DNA of 64,000 bases from Geopsychrobacteraceae bacterium (GTDB lineage Bacteria > Desulfobacterota > Desulfuromonadia > Desulfuromonadales > Geopsychrobacteraceae), in assembly GCA_963662315.1 (NCBI GenBank), contig OY759353.1:2368001-2432000 (forward strand), in the 5' to 3' direction. The notes under the pieces are model-generated. The model was not told the origin of the DNA. It ran no database searches and was given only the letters and a program-made list of their open reading frames with translations. The position numbers and the translations under genes are program-made. This document shows, in pieces, positions 57,951-64,000 of the stretch. The first letter of the stretch is position 1. Every line of letters starts with the position of its first letter.

Positions 57951-60287
57951 ATGAACACTCTTACTATTGCCGTAGCAGGGAACCCCAACTGTGGCAAAAC
58001 GACACTCTTTAACGAGCTGACCGGTGCACGCCAGATGGTCGGCAACTGGCCGGGGGTTACGGTTGATCGCAAAAGTGGTACCTACTCTTATGCTGGACAC
58101 GATTTTGATGTTGTTGATATCCCGGGTATCTATGCGTTATCAGCCTATTCAGAAGATGAAAAGGTTGCTCGTGATTACCTTATCTCCAATGATGCCGATC
58201 TGATCGTCAATATTGTTGATGCATCTAACCTTGAACGTAATCTGTACCTGACGACACAATTACTGGAACTGAAGGTCCCCCTGCTGATTGTTCTCAACAA
58301 AATGGATGTTGCCAAAGCCCGTAATATTAACATCAATATTGAAGAGCTTTCCAACCGTCTCGGGGTTCCGATCATTGCTGTTACCGCAACCAAAAGGCAA
58401 GGGATCAAAGAATTCAAGGAAACCGTGCATTCCTTCGCAGAGGCATCTAGGCCAACCAACACCGGCCTCGTCTACCCTGCTCCCATACAGGAAGCAGCAA
58501 ATCGCATTGCCGAAGCAGTGAGTGAGCTGGCTGATTATTACCAGGTTCCGGCTCAGTGGCTGGCAATCAAACTGCTGGAGCAAGACACTGAACTGACCGC
58601 ACGCCTTTCTCCTGACCAGAACCAACTATTGCAGCGTGAAAGTGACTCTCTCGAAGAACAGCTTGACGAGGATGTTGATATCATCATTGCGGACACGCGC
58701 TACGGCTTCATCAACTGGCTGACCGAAGAATGTCTGAAATACGATGGTAAGGTCGGCAGTAACATGACTGAGAAAATCGACAGTATCGTTCTCAACCGGG
58801 TACTTGGGATTCCCATTTTCCTGTTTCTGATGTACCTGACCTTCATGTTCACCATCAATGTCGGTGGCGCCTTTATCGATTTCTTTGATATCGCCGCTGG
58901 AGCTATTTTTGTTGATGGTGTTGGTGAGCTGCTTAGCGCGATTCACGCTCCCGACTGGGTTATCGGACTGGTGGCAACCGGTGTCGGTGGTGGTATTCAG
59001 ACGGTCGCTACCTTTATTCCGCCCATCGCCTTCATGTTCCTGGCCCTGGCGATTCTTGAGGGCTCTGGCTATATGGCGCGGGCTGCCTTTGTCATGGACC
59101 GCCTCATGCGGATGCTGGGCCTGCCCGGTAAAGCCTTTGTTCCCATGCTGGTCGGCTTTGGCTGTAATGTCCCGGCGATCATGGCGACCCGAACCCTGGA
59201 AACCCAGCGGGACCGAACCCTGGCCATTATGATGAACCCCTTCATGAGCTGTGGTGCGCGCTTGCCAGTTTATGCCCTGTTTGCGGCAGCCTTCTTCCCA
59301 ACTGGCGGGCAGAACATGGTCTTTATGCTTTACCTCGCTGGTATTGGCTTTGCAGTTCTGACTGGCCTGGTTCTAAAACACACCCTGCTGCAAGGCCAGG
59401 TCACTCCATTCGTTATGGAGTTACCTCCCTACCATGTACCAACGGTAAAATCGGTTGTCCTACGGACTTATGATCGGCTGAAGTCATTCATGTTCAAAGC
59501 GACCCGGGTTATTATTCCCATGGTTGCCCTGCTTGCGCTGTTAAACACACTGTCAGTTGATGGCACCATTGGTCACGATGACAGTAACGAATCCATTTTA
59601 TCCTCAGTCAGCCGCACCATCACCCCAATCTTCGCACCAATGGGTATCAGCCAGGACAACTGGCCGGCCACTGTTGGTATTTTTACCGGGGTCTTTGCCA
59701 AGGAAGCTGTTGTCGGTACCCTGGATGCCATCTACCTGCAAAATGAAACTCAGGAACAGGCAACAGCAGCTCCTGAAGAAGGGACGGAAGCGGAAGCATT
59801 CAGCCTCGTTGCGGCACTGCAGGAAGCCGTAGCCACGATTCCTGAAAACCTGGCTGGTGTACGCGATACCCTGACTGATCCTCTCGGCCTGAATATCGGT
59901 GATACCAGTTCCATTGAAACTGCAGCAGAAGAACAGGAAGTCAGCAGTGGAACTTTTGGCGCCATGGGGCACCTGTTTGACGGCAAGGTTGGTGCCATTG
60001 CCTACCTGCTCTTTATCCTTATGTACTTCCCTTGCGTTGCCGCTATGGCCGCTGTGTATCGCGAAGTCAACGGCCGCTGGACAGCGTTTGTGGCTGGCTG
60101 GACCACCGGCCTGGCCTATATTGCCGCAACTTCATTCTACCAGCTCGCAACCTTCTCAGAACATCCCATGTTCTCAGGGGCATGGCTGATGGGCTGCCTG
60201 GTATTCTGTATTGTTGTCTTCTTGGTCATGAGAGCTAAAGGAAAAGAACATCAAACCGTTCGGTTCGCCGTCCCGGTAAAACATTAA
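57951..60287 (+). CDS. feoB: Ferrous iron transporter B
   Basis: Motifs GNPNCGKT, GNWPGVTV, DIPG, NKMD, GFGCNVP, FMSCGARLP. Confidence 0.97.
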   Translation: MNTLTIAVAGNPNCGKTTLFNELTGARQMVGNWPGVTVDRKSGTYSYAGHDFDVVDIPGIYALSAYSEDEKVARDYLISNDADLIVNIVDASNLERNLYLTTQLLELKVPLLIVLNKMDVAKARNININIEELSNRLGVPIIAVTATKRQGIKEFKETVHSFAEASRPTNTGLVYPAPIQEAANRIAEAVSELADYYQVPAQWLAIKLLEQDTELTARLSPDQNQLLQRESDSLEEQLDEDVDIIIADTRYGFINWLTEECLKYDGKVGSNMTEKIDSIVLNRVLGIPIFLFLMYLTFMFTINVGGAFIDFFDIAAGAIFVDGVGELLSAIHAPDWVIGLVATGVGGGIQTVATFIPPIAFMFLALAILEGSGYMARAAFVMDRLMRMLGLPGKAFVPMLVGFGCNVPAIMATRTLETQRDRTLAIMMNPFMSCGARLPVYALFAAAFFPTGGQNMVFMLYLAGIGFAVLTGLVLKHTLLQGQVTPFVMELPPYHVPTVKSVVLRTYDRLKSFMFKATRVIIPMVALLALLNTLSVDGTIGHDDSNESILSSVSRTITPIFAPMGISQDNWPATVGIFTGVFAKEAVVGTLDAIYLQNETQEQATAAPEEGTEAEAFSLVAALQEAVATIPENLAGVRDTLTDPLGLNIGDTSSIETAAEEQEVSSGTFGAMGHLFDGKVGAIAYLLFILMYFPCVAAMAAVYREVNGRWTAFVAGWTTGLAYIAATSFYQLATFSEHPMFSGAWLMGCLVFCIVVFLVMRAKGKEHQTVRFAVPVKH

Positions 60288-60340
60288 TAATTAGGTTGGC
60301 ACTCCCTTTTCACTAAAGTACGCAGTTTGGAGAAAATAAA

Positions 60341-60571
60341 ATGACACCAAGTGATGTAAAACGGTATTTAACTGAACGAAAGGTTGCTCCTTTGACGGAT
60401 ATCGCTACCCATTTTGATCTAAACCCAGATGCGGTGCGCGGCCTGCTCGATGTGTGGATCCGCAAAGGCAAGGTCAAGCAGATCACTGCTGATGCCAGCT
60501 GCTGCACCAAAGGCAGCTGCAGTGGTTGCAGTGAAAATGGCCACCAGGAAATCTATGAATGGGTTCAGTGA
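60341..60571 (+). CDS. feoC: FeoC-like Cys-rich wHTH protein
   Basis: wHTH-like segment plus CCTKGSCSGC and terminal EIYEW; follows feoB. Confidence 0.85.
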   Translation: MTPSDVKRYLTERKVAPLTDIATHFDLNPDAVRGLLDVWIRKGKVKQITADASCCTKGSCSGCSENGHQEIYEWVQ

Positions 60572-60599
60572 TCAGCCGAAAGTCTGATTGCTGCTAAAC

Positions 60600-60647
60600 A
60601 CTGGAAAAAACAGGGCGATCAATCATGACCGCCCTGTTTTTTCCAGT
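60600..60647. terminator. Bidirectional terminator
   Basis: ACTGGAAAAAACAGGGCG/CGCCCTGTTTTTTCCAGT. Confidence 0.8.
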
Positions 60648-60664
60648 AAAGAGATAATTTCAAG

Positions 60665-61462
60665 TCAATAGGCGTAGGGTTCCTGCTGTCTGAATTCAAA
60701 CATGAACGGAACCTCTGGAGGATTGATCGGTTCGATGATTTCCGCCTTGAACCGATATACGGTATGAATAGCAGAAAAGGAAACGCCTGGCAGGCTTCTT
60801 TCATCTTCCTCAGTGCTGTTTTCGTCATCAGCCACAAGAACACCGTAGAGATTAACCCACTGCCTATCGGGTAGTTCATTTTGTGACGTGACAACTTCAA
60901 AGCCAACCGATACAGCATCGGCCAGACAGCAGGAAATAGCCGTACGTAAAATAACCGGTTGAGAATCCCCCTCAGCCGCCATCAGGACTCCCCGCACCAG
61001 GTAATGTTGCCCACGTAGCTGCTCGCTGCCAACTTCAGCAATATCGAACAATTCACCGAGATTAATGCGAATATATTCCTGCCCGTTTTTTGTCTCCCGG
61101 GGCAAAAACTGTTCCTGAGCATCGGGATAAAGAGGAACACCCTGTGCCCCGACTGTTAACCCTTGCTGACTGTGTTGCAGTGGGTAAATCATAACCAGCG
61201 CAAAGAGGAGAATGATCGCAGTAAAAGACAACACCCGTACCAGTTCAAAACCAAGGGGCCAGCATAATAATACCAGACCTAGGAGCATCAACCCACCGCC
61301 GGTGATAGCCGAAAGGATACTGAAACGAGGATTAAGCAATGTCTGATATAAACTGCCACTGGCAAAAAACAGCAGCATACCACCCAATATCAGTAACAAC
61401 GCACCTTCAAAGCGGTTGATAATCAGGCTGACCATTGTCGTCTTTAGTCTTTCAGTTTCCAT
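60665..61462 (-). CDS. TIGR03943/DUF1980-like membrane protein
   Basis: N-terminal TM helices with LNPRF; RTAISCCLADA; WVNLYG. Confidence 0.75.
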   Translation of the reverse strand: METERLKTTMVSLIINRFEGALLLILGGMLLFFASGSLYQTLLNPRFSILSAITGGGLMLLGLVLLCWPLGFELVRVLSFTAIILLFALVMIYPLQHSQQGLTVGAQGVPLYPDAQEQFLPRETKNGQEYIRINLGELFDIAEVGSEQLRGQHYLVRGVLMAAEGDSQPVILRTAISCCLADAVSVGFEVVTSQNELPDRQWVNLYGVLVADDENSTEEDERSLPGVSFSAIHTVYRFKAEIIEPINPPEVPFMFEFRQQEPYAY

Positions 61463-61465
61463 AAT

Positions 61466-62395
61466 TTACACCCGACTCAGAATAACGCCCATGATAATAG
61501 CCAGGCAAAAGACTAAAAACACCGGACCGAAAATCAGGTAGAAAATAATGCGACGTTTAAAAACAGCGGAGAACATGGCAATCAGCTTGAGATCGACCAT
61601 GGGACCAATGGCCATAAAGGCGAGTTGCGCCGCAGGGGGAAAACTGGAGAAAGATGCCGCGACAAACGCGTCTGCTTCGGAACAGACCGAAAGCAAAATG
61701 GCTAGCACCATCATGGTGATGATTGCCAATAATTCAGAGGATTCAAAAATATTAAGAACACCCGCCGGGGTAAAGGTTTTAAAAAGTGCGGTGATGATTG
61801 CACCCAGCAGCAGGAATTTCCCCATACTTAAGAATTCGCCAGCTGTATGCCGCAATACAGCAAGTAGACGTCCCTGCCTATGCCCATGTCCATGTCCATG
61901 TTGGTGATGATGATCATGGCCGCAACAGCCGGAATGACAGGAGTGAGACGCCGACGGGTTTAGCAGCAACTCCCTCATGGAGGCCCCTGATAACACCCAC
62001 CCCATAGCTGCTGCCACAATAGCAACCATGGCAACACGGCCACCAACCATCCACAGATCGCCCCGAAAGGCGACATAGGTCGAAATCATAACGATCGGAT
62101 TGATTACCGGAGCCGCCAGCATATAGGCGATTGCCGTCGCCGGAGGAACTCCCTTGCCGAGCATACGCCGCACAATCGGCACGATACCACACTCGCAGGT
62201 TGGCAATAACATGCCAATAAAGAGTCCGAACATTATTCCTTTAAAAGGATTTTTAGGGACAAGACGCGCAATCAGATCTTCTTCAGCAAAGACTTCGAAA
62301 AAAGACGCTAGCAGAGATCCGATCAACAGAAACGGGGCCGCTTCTATAAAGATAGCAACGGTCAAAGAAGCAAAGATTTGCAGATTTTCAGACAT
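61466..62395 (-). CDS. DUF318 permease with a His-rich loop
   Basis: Motifs EAAPFL, PTCECG, APVINP, SVCSEADAF, GPMVD; loop HSCHSGCCGHDHHHQHGHGHGH. Confidence 0.88.
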   Translation of the reverse strand: MSENLQIFASLTVAIFIEAAPFLLIGSLLASFFEVFAEEDLIARLVPKNPFKGIMFGLFIGMLLPTCECGIVPIVRRMLGKGVPPATAIAYMLAAPVINPIVMISTYVAFRGDLWMVGGRVAMVAIVAAAMGWVLSGASMRELLLNPSASHSCHSGCCGHDHHHQHGHGHGHRQGRLLAVLRHTAGEFLSMGKFLLLGAIITALFKTFTPAGVLNIFESSELLAIITMMVLAILLSVCSEADAFVAASFSSFPPAAQLAFMAIGPMVDLKLIAMFSAVFKRRIIFYLIFGPVFLVFCLAIIMGVILSRV

Positions 62396-62600
62396 AGACT
62401 CAAACAGGGCAACAGCAGGTAAAGGTCATTAGGAGTAAAGCCAAAACGTTATAACGTAACACTCTCTATATTCTAATGATCTATGTCAATACATTCTTTA
62501 TCACAGACGACATCGCCACAATCCCCCTACCAGATGAACTTATTGATAATCATATTCTATGCTAATCAGGAAATACATCACTTAGAGAATCAGCAGAAGA

Positions 62601-63638
62601 TCAATTCAACTGAAACACCACCGGCATGCGAAACTGTGCAATCTGCGGTGGAGGCGAAAAAGGAGCAGCCTTTTTTATGGCTTTAAGAGCTTGTCTATCA
62701 AGCAATGGATAACCACTGCTGCGGACAATTTCAGCATCAATAAGGGAGCCATCTGTAGCAACGCGGAACAGAACTTCGATACGGCCACTCCAGCCGCGCC
62801 GACGAGCCAGACCTGGATAATTGAGGCGATCATGGATACGATTTCTGATCGCACCATAATTAGCTTGACGGTAACCTTCAATCTCATCGCCTCCAGCAGC
62901 TGGAAGACCTGGTTCTGTTCCATTCAACCCGGCCAAAGACTCGGTTTGTGAGGAATTCGCCAATGCTCCTGCGATTAAGGACGTCCCGGGAGCTGAAACT
63001 GGCCCAGTGCTCCCGTCAACTGTTGCTTGTTCTGCAACTGACCCTGATTCTTCCTGTTGAAGTGCCTCACTAACTGGGGTGGTTGGTTGCTGGGCATAAA
63101 CATCCGGACTGATTTGTTGAGGAGTTAGCGTTGGATCAACAGGTGGTGGGACCTGCGGCTTGACAGCTTCTGAAACTTCAGCAACCACATGCTCGGATTC
63201 AGGCTGTGGACTCACGACAGGTTCAGGGGGGCGAATGGTTTCTGCTTCTTTGACCACAGCCCGCACCTCTGCTTCCGGCTGTGGTTCAACTTTTTTTGCC
63301 TCTGTAATCTTAGCAACGGATTCAGCGGTTACGGCAGGTTTAACGGGAGTTGCTAAAGCCGTTTTTTTCTGCTCAACGCCAGACGCTGCAACCTGTGAAG
63401 CCTCCACAACAGAGGCCGGGGATACCGCCGGGACCGCTTCAGAGTGGTCAAGACCAGCCCCCCCCTCAGCAATAGCGACCTGACTTCCTGCCGTACCGGA
63501 CAGGTCAAAGTTAATCTGCATCATTCCTTTTAGGGAACGTGGTTCAGAAGCTGATAAACTTCTGGTAACCGGAATGAAAAGAGCCAGAATCAGACCATGA
63601 ATAAGCAAAGATTCGAAAAGGGGGCGCAGTGCTTTCAA
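62601..63638 (-). CDS. tonB: Energy transducer TonB
   Basis: N-terminal SLLIH TM segment, Pro/Glu/Ala-rich linker, YPGLARRRGWSG...SSGYPLLD. Confidence 0.9.
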   Translation of the reverse strand: MKALRPLFESLLIHGLILALFIPVTRSLSASEPRSLKGMMQINFDLSGTAGSQVAIAEGGAGLDHSEAVPAVSPASVVEASQVAASGVEQKKTALATPVKPAVTAESVAKITEAKKVEPQPEAEVRAVVKEAETIRPPEPVVSPQPESEHVVAEVSEAVKPQVPPPVDPTLTPQQISPDVYAQQPTTPVSEALQQEESGSVAEQATVDGSTGPVSAPGTSLIAGALANSSQTESLAGLNGTEPGLPAAGGDEIEGYRQANYGAIRNRIHDRLNYPGLARRRGWSGRIEVLFRVATDGSLIDAEIVRSSGYPLLDRQALKAIKKAAPFSPPPQIAQFRMPVVFQLN

Positions 63639-64000
63639 CGGGCCGCCTCCGTTTGCAGGCTGACACTCTTAAAATCAAGGTGTCTCAGGAGATCCATTAC
63701 GCCAACAAAGGCCTGAAGAGCCACCTGATGATCAGCACGGATAACAACCGGACGTTGCCGGTCAAAACCGACCAACATAGCTTCCAATTGACTTAAATCT
63801 ATAACCGAATTTTCAAAGTACAGAATTCCCTGCCGATCAATATCAATCTGCACTAACCCTTTTGCTTCACCGGGAGGAGCTTCAGCCTGCGGCAATTTGA
63901 TCGGGATCGCGCCACTACTGATAAAGGTTGCCGTAGTCAGAACTATGGTCAACATAACCAGCATGATATCAATGAAGGGAATAACATTGATACTGTCGAA
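63635..64000 (-). CDS. exbD: Biopolymer transport protein ExbD (5' end outside the window)
   Basis: FDSINVIPFIDIMLV...LPQA...IRAD. Confidence 0.9.
   Translation of the reverse strand, partial: FDSINVIPFIDIMLVMLTIVLTTATFISSGAIPIKLPQAEAPPGEAKGLVQIDIDRQGILYFENSVIDLSQLEAMLVGFDRQRPVVIRADHQVALQAFVGVMDLLRHLDFKSVSLQTEAAR

Overview
A gene-dense chromosomal window from an anaerobic deltaproteobacterium. It looks Desulfuromonadales-like, inferred from protein families and sigma54-rich regulation. The centrepiece is a ~23 kb tricarboxylate (aconitate/tricarballylate/citrate) island at ~8.3-31.2 kb. It contains a lipid-anchored tetraheme flavocytochrome closely resembling Shewanella IfcA, a PrpR-like sigma54 activator, two intact tripartite tricarboxylate transporters (TTT), tcuAB, acnB, a PrpF-family isomerase and a CitA/CitB-type two-component system. 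That two-component system comes with its own TctC lipoprotein and a divergently transcribed, degenerate TctB'/TctA' pair. A shared 9-bp direct-repeat array sits upstream of both the flavocytochrome gene and the prpF-tctCBA operon. A shared variant sigma54 promoter and enhancer-like site sit upstream of tctACB and tcuAB. My inference is a two-regulon aconitate-reduction / tricarballylate-oxidation system with a transporter-derived sensing module. The rest of the window is mostly housekeeping and signalling: a partial divergent AcnA-like aconitase with a GntR regulator, amtB, a cation/H+ antiporter, tex, ilvD, two hybrid kinases, queF, asd, plsC, djlA, pgi, a PAS-GGDEF-EAL protein, sulfurtransferases, an unusual REC-NrtA/CmpA-like-CheW fusion, feoABC with Fur boxes, a His-rich permease pair and tonB-exbD. 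One IS3 remnant is present. I saw no CRISPR array, tRNA or rRNA. All homology calls come from motif recognition without database searches.
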